Notes: generated by a model from the letters alone, not told the origin. Positions 31,350-46,132 are shown, numbered from the stretch's first letter. The stretch: 64,000 nt of DNA from Escherichia coli (GCF_048403405.1 NZ_CP183129.1); one strand, 5' to 3'. Translations and numbers: made by a program.

Positions 31350-31448
31350 ATGCCGGAGGCGGCGTAAACGCCTTATCCGGCCCACAAACCCGCAAATTCA
31401 ATTAATTGCGTCCCCTTGTAGGCCTGATAAGCGTAGCACATCAGGCAA
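31350..31448. repeat. REP/BIME element
   Basis: GCCGGAGGCGGCGTAAACGCCTTATCCGGCC and GTAGGCCTGATAAGCGTAGCACATCAGGC are REP-type palindromes. Confidence 0.85.
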
Positions 31449-31459
31449 TTCTTCCCGCT

Positions 31460-32281
31460 TTATAAGCCCTTCAGCAACTTTTCAACAAACTCTGGCACCA
31501 CCTGGCTTGCCGGGCCGTAATATTTCTCGGCAAATTCATTACCGACCTGGCTTGGTTCAAGATTCAGTTCCACGGTGTGCGCGCCATGCAGTTTCGCTTC
31601 GTGAACAAACCCAGCTGCCGGATAAACATGCCCGGAAGTACCAATGGCAATGAAAATATCGGCCATCGACAACGCCATATAAATTTCATCCATGCCGAGT
31701 GGCATTTCGCCAAACCAAACGACGTGCGGGCGCAAGGGCGCCGGGAACTGGCAACAATGGCATTTATCTTCTGGCGTAACGTCTCCGGTCCAGTCGAGAA
31801 CCTGACCACTTTGCGAACAGCGAACTTTCAGCAGTTCCCCATGCATATGAATGACATTGGTATTACCTGCGCGTTCATGCAGGTTGTCGATATTCTGCGT
31901 CACCAGCAAAAAGCGATCGCCGAGGGCGTCTTGCAGTTTAGCCAGCGCAAGATGCGCGGCGTTAGGCTGAATTTCTGGCTGCTGTAGCTGTCGACGACGG
32001 GCGTTATAAAACGCTTGCACCAGTTCAGGATCGCGATCGAAACCTTCCGGCGTTGCCACATCTTCAACCCGATGTTCTTCCCACAGGCCATCTGCGGCGC
32101 GAAAGGTACGAATACCTGATTCCGCAGAAATCCCTGCCCCTGTCAGTACGAGTACTCTTGGTTTTTCCATTGCTTCCGGCACCACTTTATCTCTGAAAAA
32201 AATACGCTGACGCAAACGCTCGCGCAGACGGCGTTTATTTTTACGAAAACGACTTAACCGATGACCCCGACGCGACAGCAT
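31460..32281 (-). CDS. cobB: NAD-dependent protein deacylase CobB (long isoform start)
   Basis: Matches K-12 CobB from [19 protein letters not shown]. Ends at ..EKLLKGL, apparently 6 aa short of the K-12 C-terminus. Confidence 0.9.
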   Translation of the reverse strand: MLSRRGHRLSRFRKNKRRLRERLRQRIFFRDKVVPEAMEKPRVLVLTGAGISAESGIRTFRAADGLWEEHRVEDVATPEGFDRDPELVQAFYNARRRQLQQPEIQPNAAHLALAKLQDALGDRFLLVTQNIDNLHERAGNTNVIHMHGELLKVRCSQSGQVLDWTGDVTPEDKCHCCQFPAPLRPHVVWFGEMPLGMDEIYMALSMADIFIAIGTSGHVYPAAGFVHEAKLHGAHTVELNLEPSQVGNEFAEKYYGPASQVVPEFVEKLLKGL

Positions 32282-32296
32282 AGCAACCTCTGTTGT

Positions 32297-33208
32297 TTAA
32301 TCGGTTAGATGTAGGAAAGCCGCACCACGCATTCCTCCCGCATCACCGTGGCGCGCGCGTTCAATGCGCGGAACACGAGCTACAGGTAAGAGATGACGAG
32401 GCAGCCTGTCCGCCAGTTGCGTTGTGATTGCCGGGAAATTCGATAAGCCACCACCAATGACGACCAGGTCAGGGTCAACAATGGTCAGGATATTTCCCAG
32501 ACAAACCGCTAATAAATCCAGATAACGCTCAACGTGCGCCCTTGCCTGCTCATCGCCTTGATCATAAAGCGCAATAATTTCGGGAGCCTGCAACGGTTGA
32601 TGATAATAGTGTTGATACAGCCATGCAAAACCGCGACCAGACAGATAATTTTCAATGCAGCCATGCTGACCACAGCCGCAGCGGCGTAACGGGAAATCCA
32701 GCCCCATCATGGTTAACGCATCAACCGGCAGACGCATATGGCCAAACTCGCCGGTAATATAGCTTTTACCGGTAATTGGTTTACCGTTGAAAATCAGCCC
32801 GCCGCCAACGCCGGTGCCGAGAATCAACCCCATCACCAGTGGATATTGAGTAAATTCATCATCCCAGGCTTCTGAAAGGGCAAAACAGTTGGCATCGTTA
32901 TCAAGGCGTACATCGCGATCAAGACGTGCACTCAGGTCGGCACGGAGCGGTTTACCGCTAGCAGCGGGGACATTGGCAGCATACAGCGTACCATCTTCTG
33001 TTTCCGGCATTCCCGGAATACCGATGCCGACAGAACCTTTACAGCCAAAACGCTTATCGGCTTCAGCCACCAGCTCGCACACTGCATCTAAAAATGCGTC
33101 ATAGCTGTCACGCGGTGTCGGCACCCGCTTTTCCCACTGCAACTGCCGACCGCTATCAAACACGCCAAGCGCAATTTTCGTTCCACCAATATCAAACCCG
33201 TAATACAT
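32297..33208 (-). CDS. nagK: N-acetyl-D-glucosamine kinase NagK
   Basis: 303 aa from [11 protein letters not shown]. The track ORF start at 33268 is an upstream extension. Confidence 0.9.
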   Translation of the reverse strand: MYYGFDIGGTKIALGVFDSGRQLQWEKRVPTPRDSYDAFLDAVCELVAEADKRFGCKGSVGIGIPGMPETEDGTLYAANVPAASGKPLRADLSARLDRDVRLDNDANCFALSEAWDDEFTQYPLVMGLILGTGVGGGLIFNGKPITGKSYITGEFGHMRLPVDALTMMGLDFPLRRCGCGQHGCIENYLSGRGFAWLYQHYYHQPLQAPEIIALYDQGDEQARAHVERYLDLLAVCLGNILTIVDPDLVVIGGGLSNFPAITTQLADRLPRHLLPVARVPRIERARHGDAGGMRGAAFLHLTD

Positions 33209-33236
33209 TGCCGCTCCTTGTTTTAATGTACTGCCT

Positions 33237-36485
<3,249 letters not shown>

Positions 36486-36635
36486 TCAATCGGCTAAAGT
36501 GCCTCATTTTATCATCGGCCATGTGGCCTGATCTTTATCTGAAAAATAACCAAATACAGACAGATACGCATTACACCTCGGGTCATAACCTGCAGGATCA
36601 ACCGCATGTAAATTAAAAAAGAGCGTGTTGTCCTG

Positions 36636-37709
36636 ATGAAACAAAAAGAGCTATGGATTAACCAGATCAAAGGGTTATGTATTTGTCTGGTGGTGATTTA
36701 TCACTCGGTCATTACCTTTTATCCGCATCTGAGCACTTTCCAGCATCCGTTATCGGAAGTCCTGAGCAAATGCTGGATCTATTTCAATCTTTACCTTGCA
36801 CCCTTTCGTATGCCGGTTTTTTTCTTTATATCCGGCTATTTGATTCGCCGCTATATCGACAGCGTACCGTGGGGAAATTGTCTCGATAAACGGATCTGGA
36901 ACATCTTCTGGGTGCTGGCGCTTTGGGGCGTGGTGCAGTGGCTGGCGTTAAGTGCGCTGAACCAGTGGCTAGCACCTGAGCGCGATTTAAGCAATGCCTC
37001 CAATGCCGCGTATGCCGATTCCACCGGTGAGTTCCTGCACGGGATGATCACCGCCAGCACCAGTTTGTGGTATCTGTATGCGTTAATTGTTTATTTCGTG
37101 GTATGTAAAATTTTTAGCCGTCTGGCGCTGCCACTATTCGCCTTGTTTGTACTGATGAGTGTGGCGGTTAATTTCGTTCCCACGCCGTGGTGGGGAATGA
37201 ACAGTGTGATCCGCAATTTGCCTTATTACAGCCTTGGCGCATGGTTTGGCGCAACATTAATGACCTACGTTAAAGAGGTGCCGTTGCGCCGCCATCTGCT
37301 GATGGCTTCTTTGCTAACCGTTCTGGCGGTCGGTGCCTGGTTGTTTACTATCTCGCTGCTGTTGTCGCTGGTATCGATTGTGGTGATCATGAAGCTGTTT
37401 TATCAATACGAGCAACGTTTCGGTATGCGCTCCACCAGCCTGCTGAATGTGATTGGCTCCAACACCATTGCTATCTACACCACCCATCGCATTCTGGTTG
37501 AAATATTCAGCTTAACTCTGCTTGCGCAAATGAACGCAGCACGCTGGTCGCCGCAAGTGGAATTGGCGCTCCTGTTGGTTTATCCCTTTGTCAGTTTGTT
37601 GATTTGTACTGTTGCGGGCTTGCTGGTAAGAAAACTTTCGCAGCGCGCATTCAGCGATCTGTTGTTCTCCCCGCCTTCTCTGCCCGCTGCCGTCAGTTAC
37701 TCCCGCTAA
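36636..37709 (+). CDS. ycfT: Acyltransferase-family inner membrane protein YcfT
   Basis: 357 aa; synteny with K-12. Confidence 0.85.
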   Translation: MKQKELWINQIKGLCICLVVIYHSVITFYPHLSTFQHPLSEVLSKCWIYFNLYLAPFRMPVFFFISGYLIRRYIDSVPWGNCLDKRIWNIFWVLALWGVVQWLALSALNQWLAPERDLSNASNAAYADSTGEFLHGMITASTSLWYLYALIVYFVVCKIFSRLALPLFALFVLMSVAVNFVPTPWWGMNSVIRNLPYYSLGAWFGATLMTYVKEVPLRRHLLMASLLTVLAVGAWLFTISLLLSLVSIVVIMKLFYQYEQRFGMRSTSLLNVIGSNTIAIYTTHRILVEIFSLTLLAQMNAARWSPQVELALLLVYPFVSLLICTVAGLLVRKLSQRAFSDLLFSPPSLPAAVSYSR

Positions 37710-37836
37710 GCCATCGCCCCAGCAGGGGCGATTCAATTTGCTAAACCATGTCGATTACGGATAATGAACAGCATTGCTTATCAGAGATATGCCCCCATAT
37801 GTTGAGGCATATCCTAACGAGAATCTGACAACCGTT

Positions 37837-40800
37837 ATGCCTGAACAATATCGTTATACGCTGCCCGTCAAAGCGGGTGAGCAGCGTCTGCTGGGCGAGT
37901 TAACCGGCGCTGCCTGCGCGACGCTGGTAGCGGAAATTGCCGAACGTCACGCCGGTCCGGTGGTACTTATTGCACCAGATATGCAAAATGCCCTGCGTTT
38001 GCATGATGAAATCAGCCAGTTCACCGATCAGATGGTGATGAATCTGGCGGACTGGGAAACCCTCCCTTACGACAGTTTTTCGCCTCATCAGGACATTATC
38101 TCCTCGCGTCTTTCCACCCTTTACCAGTTACCATCGATGCAGCGTGGCGTACTGATTGTTCCGGTGAATACGCTTATGCAGCGCGTTTGCCCGCACAGTT
38201 TTCTCCACGGCCATGCGCTGGTGATGAAAAAAGGTCAGCGCCTGTCACGAGATGCATTACGAACCCAACTGGACAGCGCAGGTTATCGCCATGTTGACCA
38301 GGTGATGGAGCACGGCGAATACGCCACGCGCGGCGCGTTGCTGGATCTCTTCCCGATGGGGAGTGAGCTGCCTTATCGTCTTGATTTCTTTGATGATGAA
38401 ATCGACAGCCTGCGGGTGTTTGACGTCGATAGCCAGCGCACGCTGGAGGAAGTAGAAGAGATCAATCTGCTGCCCGCGCACGAATTTCCGACCGATAAAG
38501 CGGCAATTGAACTGTTCCGCAGCCAGTGGCGTGATACCTTCGAAGTGAAGCGCGACCCGGAACATATTTATCAGCAAGTGAGTAAAGGCACATTACCTGC
38601 CGGGATCGAGTACTGGCAGCCGCTATTCTTCAGCGAACCGCTGCCGCCACTGTTCAGTTATTTCCCTGCCAATACGCTGTTGGTGAATACTGGCGATCTG
38701 GAAAACAGTGCCGAACGTTTCCAGGCTGACACGCTGGCGCGTTTTGAAAATCGCGGCGTCGATCCGATGCGTCCACTGTTGCCACCACAATCGCTCTGGC
38801 TGCGGGTAGACGAGCTCTTTTCAGAGCTGAAAAACTGGCCGCGTGTGCAGCTAAAAACTGAACATTTACCGACAAAAGCCGCGAATGCCAATTTAGGTTT
38901 CCAGAAACTGCCAGACCTGGCCGTTCAGGCACAACAAAAAGCGCCGCTGGATGCGCTGCGTAAGTTCCTCGAGTCTTTCGACGGTCCGGTGGTGTTCTCG
39001 GTAGAAAGTGAAGGTCGCCGTGAAGCGCTGGGTGAACTGCTCGCGCGAATTAAAATTGCTCCGCAACGCATTATGCGTCTTGATGAAGCCAGCGACCGTG
39101 GGCGTTATCTGATGATTGGCGCTGCCGAACATGGTTTTGTCGATACGGTACGTAATCTGGCGCTGATCTGCGAAAGCGATCTGCTCGGTGAACGTGTTGC
39201 CCGTCGTCGTCAGGACTCTCGCCGCACCATCAACCCCGATACACTGATCCGTAACCTCGCGGAGCTGCACATTGGTCAGCCGGTGGTCCATCTGGAGCAC
39301 GGCGTCGGGCGCTATGCCGGAATGACCACGCTCGAAGCTGGAGGCATTACTGGCGAGTATTTGATGCTCACCTATGCCAACGACGCCAAACTGTATGTTC
39401 CGGTGTCGTCACTGCATCTGATTAGCCGTTACGCAGGTGGCGCGGAAGAAAACGCCCCGCTGCATAAACTTGGCGGCGATGCGTGGTCACGCGCGCGGCA
39501 GAAAGCGGCGGAAAAAGTGCGTGATGTGGCGGCAGAATTACTGGATATTTACGCGCAACGCGCCGCCAAAGAGGGCTTCGCGTTTAAACACGATCGCGAG
39601 CAGTATCAGTTGTTCTGCGACAGCTTCCCGTTTGAAACCACGCCGGATCAGGCACAGGCCATTAATGCGGTACTTAGCGACATGTGTCAGCCGCTGGCAA
39701 TGGATCGTCTGGTGTGCGGCGATGTTGGCTTTGGTAAAACAGAAGTGGCGATGCGCGCCGCTTTCCTGGCAGTAGATAACCACAAGCAGGTGGCGGTGCT
39801 GGTGCCTACCACCCTTCTCGCGCAGCAGCATTACGACAACTTCCGCGACCGTTTCGCCAACTGGCCGGTACGTATCGAAATGATCTCCCGTTTCCGCAGC
39901 GCCAAAGAGCAGACGCAAATCCTTGCGGAAGTGGCGGAAGGGAAAATCGATATTCTGATCGGTACGCACAAACTGCTGCAAAGTGACGTCAAGTTTAAAG
40001 ATTTAGGCCTGCTGATTGTCGATGAAGAACACCGCTTCGGGGTGCGTCATAAAGAGCGCATTAAAGCGATGCGCGCGAACGTGGATATTCTGACGCTTAC
40101 CGCTACGCCGATCCCACGTACGCTGAATATGGCGATGAGCGGAATGCGCGATCTGTCGATTATTGCCACGCCGCCCGCCCGTCGTCTGGCGGTCAAAACG
40201 TTTGTCCGCGAGTATGACAGTCTGGTGGTCAGGGAGGCGATCCTGCGTGAAATTTTGCGCGGGGGGCAGGTTTATTATCTTTACAATGATGTGGAAAACA
40301 TCCAGAAAGCCGCCGAACGGCTGGCGGAACTGGTGCCAGAAGCGCGTATTGCTATCGGTCACGGGCAGATGCGTGAGCGCGAGCTGGAACGGGTGATGAA
40401 TGATTTCCATCATCAACGTTTCAACGTGCTGGTTTGTACCACCATTATCGAAACCGGGATCGACATCCCGACTGCCAACACCATAATCATTGAACGCGCG
40501 GATCACTTCGGTCTGGCGCAACTGCACCAGTTACGCGGTCGCGTCGGACGTTCGCATCATCAGGCATATGCATGGCTGCTGACGCCGCATCCAAAAGCGA
40601 TGACTACCGATGCGCAAAAACGTCTTGAAGCGATTGCCTCGCTGGAAGATCTCGGGGCAGGTTTTGCGCTGGCAACGCACGATCTGGAGATTCGCGGCGC
40701 GGGTGAACTGCTTGGCGAAGAACAAAGCGGCTCAATGGAAACCATCGGTTTCTCGCTGTATATGGAGTTGCTGGAAAACGCCGTCGATGCGCTGAAAGCC

Positions 40801-41283
40801 GGACGCGAGCCGTCGCTGGAAGATCTCACCAGTCAGCAAACAGAAGTCGAGCTGCGGATGCCGTCGCTGTTGCCGGATGATTTCATTCCTGACGTGAATA
40901 CGCGTTTGTCGTTCTATAAACGTATTGCCAGCGCCAAAACGGAAAACGAACTGGAAGAGATCAAAGTTGAGCTTATCGATCGCTTCGGCCTGCTGCCGGA
41001 TCCGGCGCGTACCCTGCTGGATATTGCCCGTCTGCGCCAGCAAGCGCAGAAACTGGGGATCAGGAAGCTGGAAGGTAATGAGAAAGGCGGCGTGATCGAA
41101 TTTGCCGAGAAGAATCACGTTAATCCGGCCTGGTTGATTGGTTTGCTGCAAAAACAGCCGCAGCATTACCGCCTTGATGGTCCGACGCGCCTGAAGTTTA
41201 TTCAGGATTTGAGTGAGCGGAAAACGCGTATCGAATGGGTACGCCAGTTTATGCGTGAACTGGAAGAGAACGCCATCGCTTAA
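37837..41283 (+). CDS. mfd: Transcription-repair coupling factor Mfd
   Basis: 1148 aa from MPEQYRYTLPVKAGEQ. Helicase motifs GDVGFGKTEVA and DEEHRFG. Confidence 0.95.
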   Translation: MPEQYRYTLPVKAGEQRLLGELTGAACATLVAEIAERHAGPVVLIAPDMQNALRLHDEISQFTDQMVMNLADWETLPYDSFSPHQDIISSRLSTLYQLPSMQRGVLIVPVNTLMQRVCPHSFLHGHALVMKKGQRLSRDALRTQLDSAGYRHVDQVMEHGEYATRGALLDLFPMGSELPYRLDFFDDEIDSLRVFDVDSQRTLEEVEEINLLPAHEFPTDKAAIELFRSQWRDTFEVKRDPEHIYQQVSKGTLPAGIEYWQPLFFSEPLPPLFSYFPANTLLVNTGDLENSAERFQADTLARFENRGVDPMRPLLPPQSLWLRVDELFSELKNWPRVQLKTEHLPTKAANANLGFQKLPDLAVQAQQKAPLDALRKFLESFDGPVVFSVESEGRREALGELLARIKIAPQRIMRLDEASDRGRYLMIGAAEHGFVDTVRNLALICESDLLGERVARRRQDSRRTINPDTLIRNLAELHIGQPVVHLEHGVGRYAGMTTLEAGGITGEYLMLTYANDAKLYVPVSSLHLISRYAGGAEENAPLHKLGGDAWSRARQKAAEKVRDVAAELLDIYAQRAAKEGFAFKHDREQYQLFCDSFPFETTPDQAQAINAVLSDMCQPLAMDRLVCGDVGFGKTEVAMRAAFLAVDNHKQVAVLVPTTLLAQQHYDNFRDRFANWPVRIEMISRFRSAKEQTQILAEVAEGKIDILIGTHKLLQSDVKFKDLGLLIVDEEHRFGVRHKERIKAMRANVDILTLTATPIPRTLNMAMSGMRDLSIIATPPARRLAVKTFVREYDSLVVREAILREILRGGQVYYLYNDVENIQKAAERLAELVPEARIAIGHGQMRERELERVMNDFHHQRFNVLVCTTIIETGIDIPTANTIIIERADHFGLAQLHQLRGRVGRSHHQAYAWLLTPHPKAMTTDAQKRLEAIASLEDLGAGFALATHDLEIRGAGELLGEEQSGSMETIGFSLYMELLENAVDALKAGREPSLEDLTSQQTEVELRMPSLLPDDFIPDVNTRLSFYKRIASAKTENELEEIKVELIDRFGLLPDPARTLLDIARLRQQAQKLGIRKLEGNEKGGVIEFAEKNHVNPAWLIGLLQKQPQHYRLDGPTRLKFIQDLSERKTRIEWVRQFMRELEENAIA

Positions 41284-41426
41284 TGGTAAATCGGGGGCGT
41301 TTCTGCGCCCCCATCTGCAACATTTACAAATTCTTTGCACTTCCCTGCACTATCCGACACTGTCACCATCCATAATTCAGGCTTATCTGTTTATTACAAT
41401 AACCTTATATTTATTATGGATTTTTG

Positions 41427-42389
41427 GTGATGATCAAAACGCGTTTTTCTCGCTGGCTAACGTTTTTTACGTTCGCCGCTGCCGTGGCGCTGGCGCTACC
41501 GGCAAAAGCCAACACCTGGCCGCTGCCGCCAGCGGGCAGTCGTCTGGTTGGCGAAAACAAATTTCATGTGGTGGAAAATGACGGTGGTTCTCTGGAAGCC
41601 ATCGCCAAAAAATATAACGTCGGCTTTCTCGCTCTGTTACAGGCTAACCCCGGCGTTGATCCTTACGTACCGCGCGCGGGCAGCGTGTTAACGATCCCGT
41701 TGCAAACCCTACTTCCAGATGCGCCGCGCGAAGGCATTGTGATCAATATTGCGGAGCTGCGTCTCTATTACTACCCGCCGGGTAAAAATTCGGTAACCGT
41801 GTATCCAATAGGTATTGGTCAGTTGGGTGGTGACACGCTGACACCGACAATGGTGACCACCGTTTCAGACAAACGAGCAAACCCAACCTGGACGCCAACG
41901 GCAAACATCCGCGCCCGTTATAAAGCACAGGGAATTGAGTTGCCTGCGGTAGTGCCGGCTGGACCGGATAATCCAATGGGCCATCATGCGATTCGTCTGG
42001 CGGCCTATGGCGGCGTTTATTTGCTTCATGGTACGAACGCCGATTTCGGCATTGGCATGCGGGTAAGTTCTGGCTGTATTCGTCTGCGTGATGACGATAT
42101 CAAAACACTCTTTAGCCAGGTCACCCCAGGCACCAAAGTGAATATCATCAACACTCCGATAAAAGTCTCTGCCGAACCAAACGGTGCGCGTCTGGTTGAA
42201 GTACATCAGCCGCTGTCAGAGAAGATTGATGACGATCCGCAGCTGCTGCCAATTACGCTGAATAGCGCAATGCAATCATTTAAAGATGCAGCACAAACTG
42301 ACGCTGAAGTGATGCAACATGTGATGGATGTCCGTTCCGGGATGCCGGTGGATGTCCGCCGTCATCAAGTGAGCCCACAAACTCTGTAA
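41427..42389 (+). CDS. ldtC: L,D-transpeptidase LdtC (YcfS)
   Basis: 320 aa from (GTG)MIKTRF. LysM and YkuD domains; active site SSGCIRL. Confidence 0.9.
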   Translation: MMIKTRFSRWLTFFTFAAAVALALPAKANTWPLPPAGSRLVGENKFHVVENDGGSLEAIAKKYNVGFLALLQANPGVDPYVPRAGSVLTIPLQTLLPDAPREGIVINIAELRLYYYPPGKNSVTVYPIGIGQLGGDTLTPTMVTTVSDKRANPTWTPTANIRARYKAQGIELPAVVPAGPDNPMGHHAIRLAAYGGVYLLHGTNADFGIGMRVSSGCIRLRDDDIKTLFSQVTPGTKVNIINTPIKVSAEPNGARLVEVHQPLSEKIDDDPQLLPITLNSAMQSFKDAAQTDAEVMQHVMDVRSGMPVDVRRHQVSPQTL

Positions 42390-42397
42390 ATCCTGGA

Positions 42398-42432
42398 TAA
42401 AAAAAATCCCCGCGACACGGCATGTCGCGGGG
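42398..42432 (-). terminator. bhsA terminator
   Basis: TCCCCGCGACA-loop-TGTCGCGGGGA followed by T8 on the minus strand. Confidence 0.75.
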
Positions 42433-42471
42433 AAAAAATCAGCAGTAGCAGGCATTAATGAGGGTTAATGC

Positions 42472-42729
42472 TTATTTATAAATTACTGCTGTTCCATGGA
42501 GGGTATTTGGACCGGTTACAGAAGTAATACGGAATGATTTTGCGCCCATCTCATCCGCTTTTTGCGCCAGCTGCTCTTCCAGCGATCCCAGATTTGTCCC
42601 CGCGTTAGCACTGATAGTACCGACTTTTTGTTGGCCTTCTGGCGTTGACTGAACTTCGACAGCCGCAAAGCTGGCAAATGACATTGAGCTTAAAATCGCC
42701 GCAGCGATGAGGGTTTTTACGTTTTTCAT
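42472..42729 (-). CDS. bhsA: Multiple stress resistance protein BhsA (YcfR)
   Basis: 85 aa; YdgH/BhsA/McbA family; synteny with K-12. Confidence 0.9.
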   Translation of the reverse strand: MKNVKTLIAAAILSSMSFASFAAVEVQSTPEGQQKVGTISANAGTNLGSLEEQLAQKADEMGAKSFRITSVTGPNTLHGTAVIYK

Positions 42730-42989
42730 AATAGTGGCCTTATGCAGATGAATGACGTCGCAAGCAATTACTTAACGATCGATAACTAAATGATAGATGT
42801 GATCTGGATCACATACAAGATATTTTTTATAACAATCATTAATTAATTTAAAAATCTTTAAATTTCAGTTAAATAGAAAGCAATTATTTTTATGGGATCT
42901 GGACTGGTGAACGGAGGTGATTATTTTTATAATAACCTTTCATTCACAGTCACCAGGTACAACGGCATCATGGCAACTGACTCAACACA

Positions 42990-43601
42990 ATGTGTAAAAA
43001 AAGCCGTGGCCGCCCAAAAGTGTTCGACAGGGATGCCGCGCTTGATAAGGCCATGAAATTGTTCTGGCAACACGGTTATGAAGCGACTTCTCTTGCGGAC
43101 CTCGTCGAAGCGACCGGAGCCAAAGCGCCCACGCTATACGCGGAATTTACCAACAAAGAGGGGTTATTTCGCGCCGTACTCGACCGCTATATCGATCATT
43201 TTGCCGCTAAGCATGAAGCACAGCTGTTTTGTGAAGAGAAAAGCGTGGAGACTGCGCTGGCTGACTATTTTGCTGCCGTCGCCAACTGCTTTACCAGCAA
43301 AGACACCCCGGCTGGCTGCTTTATGATCAACAACTGCACCACCCTCTCCCCGGATTCCGGAGATATCGGCAATACGCTGAAATCACGCCATGCGATGCAA
43401 GAGCGCACTTTGCAGCAGTTTTTATGTCAACGACAAGCGCGCGGGGAAATCCCGACCCACTGTGACGTGACGCATCTGGCAGAATTCCTTAATTGTATTA
43501 TTCAGGGGATGTCGATCAGCGCACGCGAAGGTGCATCGCTGGAAAAACTGATGCAGATTGCCCGAACGACTTTGCGTTTATGGCCCGAACTGGTGAAATA
43601 A
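42990..43601 (+). CDS. comR: TetR-family repressor ComR (YcfQ); N-terminus altered by an apparent 1-nt shift in an A-tract
   Basis: 203-aa ORF from MCKKSRGRPKVFDRD. The ATG at 42970 encodes MATDSTQCVKK, the K-12 N-terminus as I recall it, but is out of frame after the A7 run at 42996-43002. Confidence 0.75.
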   Translation: MCKKSRGRPKVFDRDAALDKAMKLFWQHGYEATSLADLVEATGAKAPTLYAEFTNKEGLFRAVLDRYIDHFAAKHEAQLFCEEKSVETALADYFAAVANCFTSKDTPAGCFMINNCTTLSPDSGDIGNTLKSRHAMQERTLQQFLCQRQARGEIPTHCDVTHLAEFLNCIIQGMSISAREGASLEKLMQIARTTLRLWPELVK

Positions 43602-43606
43602 GGCGC

Positions 43607-43641
43607 AAAAAAAGCCCCTCAGCCTGAGCGAATGAGGGGCT
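43607..43641 (-). terminator. ycfJ terminator
   Basis: AGCCCCTCA-loop-TGAGGGGCT followed by T7 on the minus strand. Confidence 0.7.
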
Positions 43642-43662
43642 AAATTGCAGAGTACAGCCTTG

Positions 43663-44202
43663 TTATACTTTGTTATTCAAAATCAGTTGCCCGTTGCTAT
43701 CTAGCGGGATCTGCGTACCCGGATCGCGGTCCATGCGGATTTTGCCCTGCTGATCGCCAATCTTATAGGTCACATCATAACCGAGCATTTTTTCTGACTT
43801 GTCATACACCGTTTTACAACGCTGTTGCGTAGTCGTGTAAGTATCGCTTTCCTGGAGAGAGCCCTGGATCTGGTTACCGGCATAGCCACCTCCCAGCGCC
43901 CCCACAACAGTGGCGACATCTTTACCGCGACCACCGCCAAACTGATGCCCTATCACGCCGCCAGCAACAGCGCCGAGCACCGACCCGGTAATGCGATTTT
44001 CATCCTGCACCGGTCGACGATGGGTCACTGTGACGTTGCGACACTCCTGACGCGGTGTTTTAACCGTTTCCTTGATTGGGGTTGCAGAAACAACCTGAGC
44101 GTATTGCGGGCCCCGTTCAAACACGTTCAGACTGGCCACTGCCGCTACGCCCAGCGCAGCTGCGACACCAATCCCGATACCCGCCAACATTGATTTATTC
44201 AC
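43663..44202 (-). CDS. ycfJ: Membrane protein YcfJ (Rick_17kDa_Anti / glycine-zipper)
   Basis: 179 aa from (GTG)NKSMLAGIGIG. Confidence 0.85.
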   Translation of the reverse strand: MNKSMLAGIGIGVAAALGVAAVASLNVFERGPQYAQVVSATPIKETVKTPRQECRNVTVTHRRPVQDENRITGSVLGAVAGGVIGHQFGGGRGKDVATVVGALGGGYAGNQIQGSLQESDTYTTTQQRCKTVYDKSEKMLGYDVTYKIGDQQGKIRMDRDPGTQIPLDSNGQLILNNKV

Positions 44203-44329
44203 GGGAACACCTCCTTCTTTGCTGTTATGCCAATCATGCAAGCGAAGGAGAAAAGCAGCTATCAGACAGAAGATGAAAAGCGCGGGAATGGCTGGAAATA
44301 CTTAGGGATTCGGAGGAGTCTGAAGGAAT

Positions 44330-44418
<89 letters not shown>

Positions 44419-44428
44419 TACAAGCCGA

Positions 44429-45733
44429 TTAATGCAACTTCAAACGTGGACGGATAACGCGGTTAATACTCCCCACCAGCATCATTAATCCGGTTTTAAA
44501 GTAACCATGCAGCGCAATCTGATGCATTCTGTACAGCGAGATGTATACAAAGCGCGCAATTCGTCCTTCAATCATCATTGAGCCGCGCGTCAGGTTACCC
44601 ATCAGGCTACCGACGGTGGAGAAGTTCGACAGCGATACCAGAGAACCGTGATCTTTATACTGATAATTTTTCAGCGGCTTACCATTCATCTGCGCCAGAA
44701 TGTTGTTCATTGCGCAGGTTGCCATCTGGTGTGCGGCCTGCGCACGCGGCGGAACAAAGCCCCCTTCCGGACGCGGGCATGACGCGCAATCGCCAATAGC
44801 GTAAATGTCTGGATCGCGAGTGGTTTGCAGCGTCGGTTCCACCACCAGCTGGTTGATACGGTTGGTTTCAAGACCACCGATATCTTTCAGGAAGTCTGGC
44901 GCTTTGATCCCGGCTGCCCACACCATCAGATCAGCCTCAATATATTCGCCATCTTTAGTATGCAGGCCGCCTTCATCAGCACTGGTGACCATGGTTTGCG
45001 TCAGCACGCGAACGCCAAGTTTCGTTAACTCATTATGGGCCGCAGCAGAGATACGTGGCGGTAATGCAGGCAAAATACGTTCGCCCGCTTCTACCAGCGT
45101 TACGTTCAGGGCTTCGTTGGTCAGACCTTTATAGCCGTAGCTGTGCAGTTGCTTGACCGCGTTGTGCAATTCAGCGGAGAGTTCTACACCCGTCGCGCCG
45201 CCACCGACAATCGCAATGTTCACTTTGCCATTCGCGCCCAGGTTGGCGGAGTATTTCAGGAACAGATTCAGCATCTCCTGGTGGAAGCGACGCGCCTGGT
45301 GCGGGTTATCGAGGAAAATGCAGTTCTCTTTGACACCTGGTGTATTGAAATCGTTAGAGGTGCTACCCAGCGCCATTACCAGAGTGTCATAGGCGATTTT
45401 ACGTTCCGGAACCAGCAGTTCACCTTTCTCGTCGCGCAGTTCTGCAATAGTGATTGTTTTCGCTTCACGATCAATATCAATGACGGAACCCAGCTGGAAC
45501 TGGAAACCATGATTGCGCGCATGGGCCAGATAGCTCAACGCATCGACGCCTTCATCAAGCGAGCCAGTCGCTACTTCGTGCAGCAGCGGTTTCCACAGGT
45601 GGCTGTGGTTACGATCGACCAGCGTAATTTTGGCTTTTTTCTTGCGTCCCAGCTTATGCCCCAGCTGTGTTGCCATTTCCAGCCCACCAGCACCGCCGCC
45701 GACAATCACAATTTTTTTCAATGGCGTAGTCAA
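44429..45733 (-). CDS. ndh: NADH:quinone oxidoreductase II (NDH-2)
   Basis: 434 aa from (TTG)[18 protein letters not shown]. The track start at 45760 is an upstream extension. Confidence 0.9.
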
Positions 45734-46005
45734 CGTGACCCCCTTAAATTTATTAACCAATTGTTAATTAATGGTTATTAGCATAGCTCTTAATTAACAA
45801 CAGGTTACAGCAATGAAAATGTTCTTCGCTAATGAGAATAACATGAATGGTGCATTGGTCATACCAAAATTGATGTTAATCAAGTTTTGTTGCTGAAAAG
45901 ATAGGCGACTTTACCGGGTGAGATCAAAAAACAGAGTTTGTTGTTTATTATTTGAGCGAATTTGTGAGAGTGATATAGAGTGAGGTGTGTATGGAGGGCG
46001 TTCGG

Positions 46006-46125
<120 letters not shown>

Positions 46126-46132
46126 AGGGCAT

